Assembly: GCA_963773065.1 (NCBI GenBank)
Contig: CAVYZN010000023.1
Location: forward strand, 1-64,000
Direction: 5' to 3'
From: an uncultured Gammaproteobacteria bacterium
GTDB lineage: Bacteria > Pseudomonadota > Gammaproteobacteria > UBA9214
Length of the DNA stretch: 64,000 bases
This document shows, piece by piece, positions 35,266 to 47,533 of this stretch (its first letter is position 1; each line of letters opens with the position of its first letter). Under the pieces are notes generated by a model. It saw nothing but the letters and a program-made list of their open reading frames with translations, was not told where the DNA came from and did not search any database. The position numbers were made by a program, and so were the translations under genes.

Positions 35266-36048
35266 TCAACCTCCAAACATCAGCGCCGTCAGGACAAAAT
35301 CCAGGCCGAGTATCGCCAGGGCGGTATGCACGACCGTGCGCGTCGTCGCGCGGCTGACGCCTTCGGATGTCGGCACGGCATCATACCCCTCGAAAACGGC
35401 GATCCAGACCGCAACAAAACCGAACACGACGCTCTTGATGACGCCGTTGAGAACGTCCTCGTGCAGGTCCACCTTGGCCTGCATCTGTGACCAGAAGGCG
35501 CCGTCATCGACGCCGAGCAGCCCCACCCCCACGAAATAGCCGCCATAGATGCCGACCGCGCTGAATATGGCCGCCAGCAGCGGCATGGAAAGAAAACCAG
35601 CCAGGAAGCGCGGCGCCACCACCCGTTTCATGGGATCGACGGCCATCATCTCCATGCCGGACAACTGCTCCGTTGCCTTCATGAGTCCGATTTCCGCCGT
35701 CAGCGCCGACCCCGCCCGTCCGGCGAACAGCAGCCCCGCCACCACCGGACCCAGTTCCCGCACCAGCGACAGGGCAACCACCACACCGAGCGACTCCTCG
35801 GCGCCGAAATCGACCAGGGTATTGTATCCCTGCAGGCCGAGCACCATGCCGACGAACAGTCCCGACACCAGGATGATCAGCAGGGTCAGCACCCCGACCG
35901 AGTAGAGTTGCGCGATCACCAGGCGCGGGCGCAGCAATATCCCGGGAATCCCCGCCAGCGTATACATCAGGAACAGGTGGCCGCGGCCCAGGCGCTCGAA
36001 AAAACCCAGGCCGGCCCTGCCCAGTTGCTGCAATGCATCCAGTATCAC
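35266..36048 (-). CDS. mlaE: ABC permease MlaE
   Basis: [31 protein letters not shown]; GTG start at 36048. Confidence 0.94.
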   Translation of the reverse strand: MILDALQQLGRAGLGFFERLGRGHLFLMYTLAGIPGILLRPRLVIAQLYSVGVLTLLIILVSGLFVGMVLGLQGYNTLVDFGAEESLGVVVALSLVRELGPVVAGLLFAGRAGSALTAEIGLMKATEQLSGMEMMAVDPMKRVVAPRFLAGFLSMPLLAAIFSAVGIYGGYFVGVGLLGVDDGAFWSQMQAKVDLHEDVLNGVIKSVVFGFVAVWIAVFEGYDAVPTSEGVSRATTRTVVHTALAILGLDFVLTALMFGG

Positions 36049-36888
36049 GCGCACGCCATCTCCCGCGATCAGGTCTTCCCGTAATTCCTTGGCGGGATAA
36101 TGAAAATGAACCGGTCCGTCCGGCTTGCCGTTGAGGAACTGCTGCGACCACTCCGAGGCCGACTCCCACAGCCTTGCCGGCACACCGTGATCCACCACCT
36201 TGCCGTCGGAGAGCAGGTAGACATAATCGGCGATCGCGGCCGCTTCCTTCACGTCATGCGAAACCACGACGCTGGTCAGCCCGAGGGCATCGTTCAGTTC
36301 CCGTATCAGCTTCATCAGCACCCCCATGGATATCGGATCCTGCCCGGTAAACGGTTCATCGTAAAGGACAATTGCCGGATCCAGCGCGATGGCGCGGGCC
36401 ATGGCCACGCGCCGCGCCATGCCGCCGGACAATTCGTTCGGCATCAGGTGGCAGGCGCCGCGCAGCCCCACCGCCTGCAGTTTCATCAGCACCAGGCCAC
36501 GCACCAGGGACTCGGGAAGAGCGGTATGCTCCCGGATCGGGAAAGCCACGTTATCGAAAACATCCAGATCGGTCAGCAGCGCACCGCTTTGAAACATCAT
36601 GCCCATGCGCTTGCGCAGGTTGTAAAGCGCCTGGATGCCGAGCTCCGGCACGTTTTCCCCGTCGACGACGACCGTCCCGGCGGCGGGACGCAACTGCCCG
36701 CCGATCAGCTTGAGCAGGGTGGTCTTGCCGGTACCGCTGGGACCCATGATCGCCGTGACGTAGCCACGCTGGATATCCAGATCGATGCCTTCGAAGATCA
36801 TCCGCTCGCCGCGCGCGTACCGCAGGCCGCGAATCCGGACAATGGCATCACGCGCCGGCTGGCTTGTTTCCTGACTGGCTTTTCCCAT
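36045..36888 (-). CDS. mlaF: ABC ATPase MlaF
   Basis: [34 protein letters not shown]. Confidence 0.94.
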
Positions 36889-37200
36889 AGGATCCGCGGC
36901 TGTTCACCGCAGCCGGCGGCTGCGGATGGTATTCGTAAAGACACCGGCGGCAGGCGTTTGGCCCCCGCACACGGGCGTGTATGATAAAACGTTCGGGTCC
37001 ACTAACGCCATCCATGAAAACCGTCACCCCGGAACCGCTGCCGCCGCCTCGCCGCTTGACAGCCTATCTTGCTCACCAGACCCTGTTATACTTTTCCGGG
37101 ACCGGCAGGCTGGGAGCATTTATTAGCACCGAGATGAATACCCGAACCACACCTCGTGATCACCGACAGGCTGTTCCGCGGTTTTTCGCGGAGTCCCGCC

Positions 37201-38175
37201 ATGAATAGACACAAACTCGAGGAGCTTGCGCTCGCGGTCATCGACATCGAGTCCCGGGCGGTCGCCGCGCTGGCCGGAGAGATCCGGGAAACCAGCTTTT
37301 TCCAGGCCTGTCAGTACATGCTGGAGTGCAAGGGCCGCGTGGTGGTAATCGGCATGGGCAAATCCGGCCATATCGGCGGCAAGATCGCCGCTACCCTGGC
37401 GAGTACCGGCACGCCCGCGTTCTTCGTACACCCGGGCGAGGCGAGCCACGGCGACCTGGGGATGATCACCGCCTCGGACGTGGTGCTGGCGTTGTCCAAT
37501 TCGGGAGAGACCGCGGAAATCATCACCATCCTGCCCATCATCAAGCGCCTCAACGTGCCCCTGATCACCCTCACCGGGAACCCCGAATCGACCCTGGCGA
37601 AGGCCGCCACCGCCAATATCAACGTGCGCGTGGACCGGGAGGCCTGCCCCCTGGACCTGGCGCCCACCGCCAGCACCACGGCGGCGCTCGCCATGGGCGA
37701 TGCCCTGGCGATCGCGCTGCTGGAATCGCGCGGTTTCACCGAGTTGGATTTTGCACGCTCCCATCCCGGCGGGGCGCTGGGCCGGCGTCTGCTGCTGCTG
37801 ATCGATGACCTGATGCATACCGGTGCGGCCATCCCGGCCGTCGGTCCCGACACCCTGCTCAGCAATGCGCTGATGGAGATGACGCGCAAGGGCCTCGGCA
37901 TGACGGCCGTGGTCGACGGGCAGGGCCGGCTGGTCGGCGTATTCACCGATGGCGACCTGCGCCGCGCCATCGACCACAAGGTGGATGTCCATGTCGCACG
38001 AGTCGGGGACGTCATGACGACGAATTGCAAAACGATACGCCCCGGCATGCTGGCCGCCGAGGCGCTGCAACTCATGGACAGCAAATCGATCAACGCCCTG
38101 CCCGTGGTCAATGACGACAATATACTCGTCGGCGCACTGAACATGCATGACCTGCTCAGAGCCGGCGTGGTGTGA
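37201..38175 (+). CDS. kdsD: Arabinose-5-phosphate isomerase
   Basis: GMGKSGHIG, HPGEASHGDLG, APTASTT, HPGGALG, CBS pair. Confidence 0.95.
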   Translation: MNRHKLEELALAVIDIESRAVAALAGEIRETSFFQACQYMLECKGRVVVIGMGKSGHIGGKIAATLASTGTPAFFVHPGEASHGDLGMITASDVVLALSNSGETAEIITILPIIKRLNVPLITLTGNPESTLAKAATANINVRVDREACPLDLAPTASTTAALAMGDALAIALLESRGFTELDFARSHPGGALGRRLLLLIDDLMHTGAAIPAVGPDTLLSNALMEMTRKGLGMTAVVDGQGRLVGVFTDGDLRRAIDHKVDVHVARVGDVMTTNCKTIRPGMLAAEALQLMDSKSINALPVVNDDNILVGALNMHDLLRAGVV

Positions 38176-38191
38176 TTCGGTAGCGGCACCG

Positions 38192-38713
38192 ATGAAAGAC
38201 ATACTCGAAAAGGCAGCCCGCATCCGCCTGCTGGTATTCGACGTCGACGGCGTACTGACCGACGGCAGCCTGTACATCGGCGATGACGGCCAGGAATACA
38301 AGGCCTTCCATTCGCGTGACGGGCATGGCATCAAGATGCTGCTTGGCCATGGCATCGAGATCGCCGTCATCACCGGGCGGACCTCCCATGTGGTTGAACA
38401 CCGCATGAAAAATCTCGGCATAGCGCACGTCTACCAGGGAAAACGGGAAAAACTGCCGGCGTTCCGCGACCTGGCGCGGAAACTGGGCGTTACCGAGGAC
38501 CAGACGGCCTACGTGGGCGACGACGTCGTCGATCTGCCCATCATGCGCCGCGTGGGCCTGGCGATCGCCGTACAGGACGCCCATCCGCTGGTGCGCCATC
38601 ACAGCCACTGGCAGACGCCCAACCCCGGAGGACGCGGCGCCGCGCGCGATGTCTGCGAGCTCATCATGGAAGCCAAAGGCGTGCTTGACGACGAGATGAG
38701 CCGGTACCTGTGA
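38192..38713 (+). CDS. kdsC: KDO-8-phosphate phosphatase
   Basis: FDVDGVLTDG, GDDVVD, GGRGAARDVC. Confidence 0.95.
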   Translation: MKDILEKAARIRLLVFDVDGVLTDGSLYIGDDGQEYKAFHSRDGHGIKMLLGHGIEIAVITGRTSHVVEHRMKNLGIAHVYQGKREKLPAFRDLARKLGVTEDQTAYVGDDVVDLPIMRRVGLAIAVQDAHPLVRHHSHWQTPNPGGRGAARDVCELIMEAKGVLDDEMSRYL

Positions 38714-39274
38714 ACGGGAAACAGGTCATGCTCTTCACTGGGCTGCTGGCGGGAGCGGCCGTGAGCGGCTGGCTGCTGCATGGACCAGGGCGCCCTGAAA
38801 GAACAGCCGACCCCCTCGCCGAGCGGTCCCGATCTGTTCGTCAACGACATGGACCTCAAGATCATCGGCGAGGACGGCAACGTGCACTATCGCGTCCAGG
38901 CGAGCCGCATGGAGCATTTCCCCTTCGATGACCATGCCGAACTGACGGACCCCTTCCTGCAGGTTTTCAGCCAGGAGCGGGCGATCTGGGATGCACGCTC
39001 GGAACGCGGGCGGGTGGCGGACCAGGGCGACACCGTGTGGCTCCTCGGCCGGGTCGTGATCAATCGCCCGCAGTATGCCGACCAGCGGGCGATCAACGTC
39101 GTCACCAGCGATCTGCTGGTCAAACCGCAGTCGGATACCGCCGAATCGGACGCGGCAGCCGTCATCCAGTCCGGCGGCTACCGGATCGAGGGGGTCGGAC
39201 TGCTCGCCAATTTCAGGGAAAGCCGCCTGGATCTGCGCTCGAGGGTCCGAGGCAGAGTCGATGCCGGCGGCTAA
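38710..39274 (+). CDS. lptC: LPS export protein LptC (frameshift near 38780)
   Basis: N-terminal TM plus beta-jellyroll-like sequence; position kdsC-lptC-lptA. Confidence 0.85.
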
Positions 39275-39842
39275 CCGACGCATGCGCCTGCACGCCCTGC
39301 TGCTGCTCTGCCTGCCGGCGCTGGCCCACGGACTGGCCGCTGATCGGGACCAGCCGATCACCATCGAGGCGGACAAGGCAACCCTGAAGGAAAAGGAAGG
39401 CATCAGCATCTATCAGGGCAACGTCTACCTGACTCAGGGCACGCTCAAGCTGCATGGCGACACCATGACGGTTTACACGAAGGATGACCATATCGAGAAA
39501 GCCATACTGACTGGCGCACCGGCCACAGCGGTGCAGCGGCCCGATGGTCAGGATGTCGACCAGCATGCCGAAGCGCAACGCATGGAATATCAGGCCGCCG
39601 GCGGGTTCATGACCCTGCTCGGGCGCGGCGCGCGTCTGGCAGACGGACGGCAAGGAACTGCGCAGCGAGAAAATCATTTACGATATCACCAAGAACACGG
39701 CCAATGCCGGTAGCAGCACCGGCGGTGACCGGGTCCATATCACGCTGCAGCCCAAACCCAAGGAGCCGCAGGCCCCTGAGCCTGCTTCTGCTTCTGCCCC
39801 TGCTCCTGCCCGTGAGCCGGCTCCTGCCAAGGAAACCGCACC

Positions 39843-39846
<4 letters not shown>
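39261..39846 (+). CDS. lptA: LPS transport protein LptA (frameshift near 39625)
   Basis: [24 protein letters not shown]; Pro/Ala-rich tail. Confidence 0.88.
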
Positions 39847-40568
<722 letters not shown>

Positions 40569-40671
40569 ACGGCCGGGCATGCCGGGTTTTTTATCATGGC
40601 ATGGATAATGCTATATACTAGCACCATTAATGATCGAAGACGGCTAGCGCTCCCATTTACCCTGGAATTCT

Positions 40672-42143
40672 ATGAAGCAGTCCCTACAACTTCGCATCAG
40701 CCAGCAGTTGACCATGACGCCCCAGTTGCAGCAGGCCATCCGCCTGTTGCAGCTCTCGACCCTGGAACTGCAATCCGAGATTCAGGACGCGCTTGAATCC
40801 AACCCGATGCTGGAACAGGGGGAAGCGGAGGGGGAAGCACAGGAGGCGCGTGAGGGCGGGGAAGCCGGCCGGGACCGGGAGGCCGGCGCCGTGGATGTGG
40901 ATTCACCCCTCACGGCCGGGCGCACCGACACCATCCCGGATGAACTTCCGGTCGACAGCAACTGGGAAGACATCTACGACACGGGCGCAACCAGTTATAG
41001 CGCTTCGGGCACAGGACGACCGGCGTGACGTCTACGAGACTGTCACGGTCAGCAGCGGCAACCTGCATGACCACCTGTATTGGCAGATGGGCCTGACGAA
41101 TCTGTCAGAAACCGACCGCATCATCGCCACCACCCTGATCGATGCCATCGACGAGGACGGCTACCTGACCCAGGACCTCGAGGAAATGCAACGCAACTTG
41201 TCAGGCCAGGCGGAGATCGAGCTCGACGAGGTCGAGGCCGTACTGCACGGAATCCAGCAGTTTGACCCGGTCGGCGTGGGCGCGCGCAACCTCAGTGAAT
41301 GTCTCTACCTGCAACTCGCGCAGTTCGATCCCGGTACACCCTGGCTGAAAGAAGCCGGCATCCTGATCCGGGATCATCTCAACCTGCTGGGCAACCACGA
41401 CTACACTACCCTGATACGCAGGATGCGGCTCGCCAAGGATGACCTGCAGCACGTCATACACCTGATCCAGTCGCTGAACCCGCGGCCGGGTTCCACGTTC
41501 AGCGCCATGGAGCCGGAATACATCGTGCCGGATGTCTACGTCACCAAACGCGAGGGCAAATGGCAGGTGGAACTGAACACGGAATCGATCCCGAAACTGC
41601 GCATCAACGCCTTCTACGCGAACCTGGTCAAACGGGCCAACAACAGCAAGGACAACACCTACCTCAAAAACAACCTGCAGGAGGCACGCTGGTTCCTGAA
41701 GAGCCTGCAAAGCCGCCACGAGACCCTGCTCAAGGTGGCCAAGAGCATCGTGTCGCGCCAGCGCGCCTTCTTTGACTACGGCGAGGAAGCCATGAAACCC
41801 ATGGTCCTGCGCAGTGTCGCCGAGGAAGTAGAGATGCACGAATCCACCATATCAAGAGTCACGACCCGCAAGTACATGCATACCCCGCGCGGCATCTATG
41901 AATTCAAGTATTTCTTTTCCAGTCACGTCGGCACCGAGGCAGGCGGCGAATGCTCCGCGACCGCCATCCGTGCGATCATCAAAAAACTGGTGGCCGCGGA
42001 GAATCCCGCCAGGCCGCTGAGTGACAGCAAGATGGCCAGTCTGCTTGCCGAACAGGGCATCCAGGTCGCCCGCCGGACCATTGCCAAGTACCGCGAGTCG
42101 CTTTCCATAGCACCTTCCAATGAACGCAAACGCCTGATCATAG
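40672..42143 (+). CDS. rpoN: RNA polymerase sigma-54 factor (frameshifts near 41005 and at the stop)
   Basis: [21 protein letters not shown], RpoN box [10 protein letters not shown]. Confidence 0.96.
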
Positions 42144-42167
42144 GCACGATAATCAAGGAGTCCCGTG

Positions 42168-42488
42168 ATGCAAATAGACCTGACAGGGCAGCATGTCGAT
42201 ATAAGCTCCGCGCTGCGCGAGTACGTCAGCGGCAAGCTGGAACGCCTGATGCGCCATTCCGGCCAGGTACTGGATGTCCACGTCATACTCAGCGTGGAAA
42301 AACTCCGGCACAAGGCGGAGGCCACGCTGCGTCTCAACGGCGGAATCGTGTACGCGGATGCAACCGAGGAAGACATGTATGCCGCAATTGACGCCCTCAC
42401 CGACAGGCTCGACCGCCAGGTGAAAAAACACAACGAGAAAATGAATGATCATCACAAGCACGAGGGTTCCCTGAAGAATCATGTCTGA
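42168..42488 (+). CDS. hpf: Ribosome hibernation promoting factor
   Basis: [17 protein letters not shown]. Confidence 0.94.
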   Translation: MQIDLTGQHVDISSALREYVSGKLERLMRHSGQVLDVHVILSVEKLRHKAEATLRLNGGIVYADATEEDMYAAIDALTDRLDRQVKKHNEKMNDHHKHEGSLKNHV

Positions 42489-42538
42489 AAAGCCGATAAT
42501 CACCCGCACCGGGCGGCTCGGTTCTGGACGGTAGCGCC

Positions 42539-43010
42539 ATGAATATCTCCGAACTACTCAACCAGGACCGGGTTCTGTGCTGCCCGCAGATCGGCAGCAA
42601 GAAACGGTTGCTGGAAAACATCAGCGAACTGTTCGCCAGGAACGCGCCACAGCTTTCCAGGAATGAAATATTCAACAGCCTGATCACCCGTGAAAAACTG
42701 GGCAGTACCGGTCTTGGCAAGGGTGTCGCCATACCGCACGGCCGCATGAGCGGGGCTGGAGCGGCCGGTATGCGCCTTCATCAAGCTCGATCAGCCGATT
42801 GAATTCGACGCGGCGGACGGTCAGCCGGTCGACCTGATATTCGCGCTCATCGTTCCGGAAGACTCCACCGAGGAGCATCTGCGGATCCTCTCCGGCATCG
42901 CCACGCTGTTCGGCAGCCCGGCCTTCTGCAGCGGCATCCGCGACTGTAAAAACGATGCCTGCCTGCTGCAACTGCTCAGCCACAGGGACGTGCAACAGAA
43001 AACCGCATGA
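42539..43010 (+). CDS. ptsN: PTS IIA(Ntr) (frameshift near 42755)
   Basis: SKKRLLE, REKLGSTGLGKGVAIPHGR, then FDAADGQPVDLIFAL in the shifted frame. Confidence 0.92.
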
Positions 43011-43947
43011 GTACCACACTCTCAATCTCCACCCTCCATGACGCCCTGAAGAAGAAACTGGGACTTGAATGGGTGACGGGGGAAGAACATGACGGGCATA
43101 CGATACAGGCGGCAGCGGATGCGGCGGACGAGGTCTCGCTGGTCGGGAACCTCAACCTGATCAACCAGCACCGCATCCAGGTGCTGGGAAGCAAGGAACT
43201 GGATTATCTCGACAAGCTGAAGAAGAACTCGCGCAAGGACGCCATAAGCCAGCTTTTCTCGGGCCAGTCCGATCTGATCATCATCGCCAAGCGCCTGGGC
43301 GCGCCCGAGGACCTGGTAGACGCGGCCATCGCTAGCCGCACGCCGGTGCTGTCCTCCTGCCTGCCCAGCGGGGAAACCATTCAGCACCTGCGTTATTTTC
43401 TCGGCAATTATCTCGCCGAGAAGATCACCCTGCACGGAGTTTTCATGGAAGTCATGGGCACCGGCGTGCTGATTACCGGCGCCTCCAGCATCGGCAAGAG
43501 CGAACTGGCGCTGGAGCTGCTCACGCGCGGCCACCGCCTGATTGCCGATGACGCCACCGAATTTTCACGCGTTGCGCCGGATGTCCTGAACGGCACCTGC
43601 CCGGAAATGCTGCGCGACTTTCTCGAAGTGCGCGGACTGGGCATCCTCAATGTGCGCGCCATGTTCGGCGCCAGTTCCATAAAACAGGACCGTAACCTGC
43701 GTCTGATCATCGTCCTGCAGCAAATGCAGGACGCCGCCACGATGGACCGCCTGCATGGCAGCAAGCGATGCGCACCATCATGGGTGTGGAGATACCGGAG
43801 ATCACCCTCCCGGTCGGGCCCGGCAGGAATCTGTCGGTGCTGGTGGAAGCCGCCGTTCGCAACCACATCCTCAACATAAAAGGCTATGATGCCGGCCAGG
43901 CGTTCATCGAACGCCAGAAACAGCGGCTGGAAAACGTGTCGCGATGA
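43007..43947 (+). CDS. hprK: HPr kinase/phosphorylase (frameshift near 43770)
   Basis: HGVF, GASSIGKSELALEL, LIADD, LEVRGLG, PGRNL. Confidence 0.93.
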
Positions 43948-44801
43948 ATCTCGTCATCATCAGCGGCCTCTCGGGCTCGGGCAAGACCATCGCCCTGCAC
44001 ACCCTGGAGGACATCGGTTATTACTGCACCGACAATCTGCCGGTCGGGTTGCTTGACGCCTTCGCTCTGGAATTCAGCCAGCCGCACCTCTCACGCGTGA
44101 ATAACGTGGCCGTGGGGATCGATGCCCGCAACAATCCCGACCAGATCAGCCGCTTCCCCGCGGTGATCGCCAACTGCCGCAGCCGCGGCATCGACTGCAA
44201 GATCATCTTTCTTCAGGCCGACGACCAGACGCTCCTCAAGCGCTTCAGCGAGACCCGCCGCAAACATCCCCTCACCGGACCCAGCACATCCCTCGCCGAT
44301 GCGCTCCGGGAGGAGCGCAACCTGCTCGCGCCGATAAGCGCGAATGCCGATCTTTTTATCGATACCAGCCGGACGAATGTCCACCAGTTGCGCGATCTCG
44401 TGCGTGATTGCATCGGTGCGCGGGAGAACCCCGGGCTTGCCCTCGTGCTCAGGTCGTTTGGCTACAAACACGGGGTCCCGGCCGATGCCGATTTTGTATT
44501 CGACTCACGCTGCCTGCCCAACCCCTACTGGGAACCCGCCTTGCGCAATCTGACCGGACTCGACCGGGAGGTTATCGAATTTCTTGACGGGGAACCGGCC
44601 GTGCATGAATTATATGCGGATCTGGAAAACTTCCTCGTAAAATGGATCCCCCGTTTCAGCGTGGACAATCGCAGCTACCTGAACATCGCCATCGGCTGCA
44701 CGGGCGGACAGCACCGGTCCGTGTATCTGGTGGAACGCATCGCCGGAAACCTGGGCAGCCAGTATGGGAATATCGTTATCAGGCATCGTGAACTTGCATG
44801 A
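43944..44801 (+). CDS. rapZ: RNase adapter RapZ
   Basis: SGLSGSGKT, RFSETRRKHPL, SFGYKHG, GCTGGQHRS. Confidence 0.96.
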   Translation: MNLVIISGLSGSGKTIALHTLEDIGYYCTDNLPVGLLDAFALEFSQPHLSRVNNVAVGIDARNNPDQISRFPAVIANCRSRGIDCKIIFLQADDQTLLKRFSETRRKHPLTGPSTSLADALREERNLLAPISANADLFIDTSRTNVHQLRDLVRDCIGARENPGLALVLRSFGYKHGVPADADFVFDSRCLPNPYWEPALRNLTGLDREVIEFLDGEPAVHELYADLENFLVKWIPRFSVDNRSYLNIAIGCTGGQHRSVYLVERIAGNLGSQYGNIVIRHRELA

Positions 44802-45199
44802 ACGTCGGATTGCTACTCATCACCCATAATGACCTGGGCCACTACCTGCTGGATACGGCATCAGGCATCCTTGGCAGTTGTCCGATTCGGACCCGATCCC
44901 TGAACGTGCCCGCAAGCTGCGACCCCGACATGGTGCTGGAGAGAGCCTGCGCGCTCTACCGGGAGCTCGACCAAGGTGACGGCGTGCTGGTGCTGACGGA
45001 CCTCTTCGGCAGCACCCCCAGCAACATCGCCGCACGCCTGCTCGATAAGTACAACATCCTGGTGATATCGGGCGTCAACGTCCCGATGCTGGTGCGCATA
45101 CTCAACTACCCGACGTGTTCTCTTGAAGAACTGGCCAACAAGGCGCTTACCGGGGCGCGTGACGGCGTGGTCGTCACCGCCAGAAAGATGGCTTCATAA
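44798..45199 (+). CDS. PTS mannose-class IIA domain protein
   Basis: LLITH, VLTDLFGSTPSN, SGVNVPML. Confidence 0.9.
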   Translation: MNVGLLLITHNDLGHYLLDTASGILGSCPIRTRSLNVPASCDPDMVLERACALYRELDQGDGVLVLTDLFGSTPSNIAARLLDKYNILVISGVNVPMLVRILNYPTCSLEELANKALTGARDGVVVTARKMAS

Positions 45200-45200
45200 G

Positions 45201-45470
45201 ATGCGGCGCAAACAGGTAACCATCACCAACAAACTCGGCCTGCATGCCCGCGCGGCGGCGAAATTCGTGACGCTGGCATCCTCGTTCTCGAGCGTGATCG
45301 ACATCACCAAGGACCATCAGACCGTCAACGGCAAAAGCATCATGGGGGTCATGATGCTGGCCGCCTCCAGAGGAACCAATCTCATCCTTACGATCAACGG
45401 AGAGGATGAGGAAGTGGCCGCCATGTCCCTGGGAAAACTCATAGACGAGAAATTCGGCGAGGTGGAATAA
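45201..45470 (+). CDS. Phosphocarrier HPr/NPr
   Basis: NKLGLHARAA, GKSIMGVMMLAA. Confidence 0.93.
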   Translation: MRRKQVTITNKLGLHARAAAKFVTLASSFSSVIDITKDHQTVNGKSIMGVMMLAASRGTNLILTINGEDEEVAAMSLGKLIDEKFGEVE

Positions 45471-45562
45471 TCGACGCCGATCCGACAACGGGCGGCATGA
45501 TCATCAGCCTATGGGGACTGAACCGCACCACCTTGATCAACTGATGTGGGAGTAAACAGGGT

Positions 45563-47306
45563 ATGAGCCTGGCGCTGACCGGCATAGGCATTTCCCGCGG
45601 CGTTGCCATCGGCAAGGCCCATATCATCGTGCGCGGGTCCCTCGAGGTGCTGGAAAGCGCCATTCCCCCCCAGTTCATCGAGGATGAGGTCACCCGCTAC
45701 CTGGATGCCATAGCCACCGCCCGCTTCCAGCTCAGGGCGATCCGTGAACGCATCCCGAAGGAAACCCGGGCGGATATCACCGCCTTCATCGATACCTATC
45801 TTTTGATGCTCGATGACGCGACGATCGTAGACATACCCGTCGAACTGATCCGCGACACCGGCTGCAATGCCGAATGGGCGCTGAAACAGCAGCGCGATGC
45901 CGTAGTCGATGTGTTCGAGAAGATGAACGACGCCTATCTGCGGACCCGCCGTGATGACGTGGATCATGTCATCAATCGCATCCTGCGCATCCTGATGGCG
46001 ACCGGCCAGAGCGAACTGCATGTCGAAGGCGGCCTGCACGGCGCCATCGTCCTCGCCGACGACCTGACGCCGGCGGAAACCGTGTTGCTCCAGCACCAGG
46101 GCATCAGCGCGTTCGCGACGGAATATGGCGGCCCGCTTTCACACACCGCCATCCTGGCGCGCAGCGTGCAACTGCCCGCCATCGTCGGCGTGCACGGCAT
46201 CCAGCACTTCCTGCAGGATGGCGAGACGGTCATACTCGACGGCCTGCATGGCGTACTGATCGCGGATCCCGACGAGAACATCCTCGCACACTATCGCGAA
46301 CGCCAGGCCCAGGAGGTGCGGCGCCGCACCGAACTGGCGAGCGCTGGTACAGACTCCGGCCATAACGCTCGACCAGACGCCGATCAGGCTCATGGCGAAC
46401 ATCGAACTTCCGGAGGATATCGAGGTCATCGTCCGGGAAAACACCCAGGGTGTCGGTCTCTACCGTACCGAATTCCTGTTCATGAACCGCTTGGCACCCC
46501 CCGATGAAGAGGAACAATACCGCTGTTACACGGGAGTCATCGAAGCGCTGAACGGCAAGCCCCTCACCATCCGCACGCTCGACATGGGCGCGGACAAGCA
46601 GGTGAACGGCGCCGCAACGAGTGGCCTTTGCGGCGGCAACCCGGCCTTGGGACTGCGCGCCATCCGCCTGTGCCTGAAGGACCTGGGCCTGTTCCGCCCC
46701 CAGTTGCGCGCCATACTGCGCGCCTCCGCTCATGGGCCGGTGCGCATGATGATTCCCATGCTGTCGAACACGCATGAACTGCAGCAGGTGCTGAACCTGA
46801 TCGAAGAGGCCAAACACTTTCTGCAGCGCCAGGGCCTGGCCTTTGACCCCCACATCCCGATCGGCGGCATGATCGAAGTCCCGGCCGCCGCACTCTCCGC
46901 GGCGGCCTTTGCCAGGCGCCTGGATTTCCTGTCCATCGGCACCAATGACCTGATCCAGTACACCCTGGCAATCGACCGCGTGGATGACGAGGTGAATTAT
47001 CTCTATGACCCCTTGCACCCGGCCGTGTTGCGGCTCATCAAGATGGTCATCGATGCCGGACTGAGCGCCGGCATACCGGTTGCCATGTGCGGTGAGATGG
47101 CGGGCGATCCGCTCTATACACGCCTGCTGCTGGGCATGGGACTGAGGGAATTCAGCATGCACCCCACCGCGCTGCAGGAAGTCAAACGCGTCATCAACCA
47201 GAGCAGCATCGACCTACTGGCTCCGCAGGTCGAGGCCCTGCTGCAAAGCGGCGAAGCCGACCAGATCATCGCCCAGGTCGAAGCCATCAACAGCTCCCTG
47301 TACTGA
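45563..47306 (+). CDS. ptsI: PEP-protein phosphotransferase, enzyme I (frameshift near 46345)
   Basis: GGPLSHTAILAR, GVGLYRTEF, NPALGLRAIR, SIGTNDL, CGEMAGD; no N-terminal GAF domain. Confidence 0.9.
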
Positions 47307-47497
47307 GCGCAGTCGACTCCGGCGCCGCCAAACGGGGGGGCTCGCCACCTTCTTCACAATCACCATACCGCGGTAATTGCCAACACGCTGGAGTCCTTGC
47401 CACGCGGTCCGCGCGAAGTCCTCCGGAAGCTGGTCAACCTGGACGTGCGGGGAACAGAGATGGAATTGGATTTCATGGTAACCAGTTATGTAATTTC

Positions 47498-47526
47498 TTG
47501 ACATGTCTAGATTTCTACCATATTCT
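47498..47526 (+). promoter_or_regulatory. Sigma70-type promoter of the defence operon
   Basis: TTGACA (47498-47503), 17-nt spacer, TATTCT (47521-47526); ATG 7 nt downstream. Confidence 0.65.
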
Positions 47527-47533
47527 TCTTTCC

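Noticed and set aside
35266-36888. Apparent 540-aa MlaF-MlaE fusion
   Set aside because: The junction holds the usual GTGA stop/start overlap, and the window has many indel errors; most likely an artefact.
39760-39835. Short (CCTGCT/TCTGCT)n repeats
   Set aside because: They encode the low-complexity Pro/Ala/Glu tail of LptA; not an array.
42143-42391. RpoN read-through overlapping hpf
   Set aside because: A one-base shift at the native stop after ERKRLI explains it.
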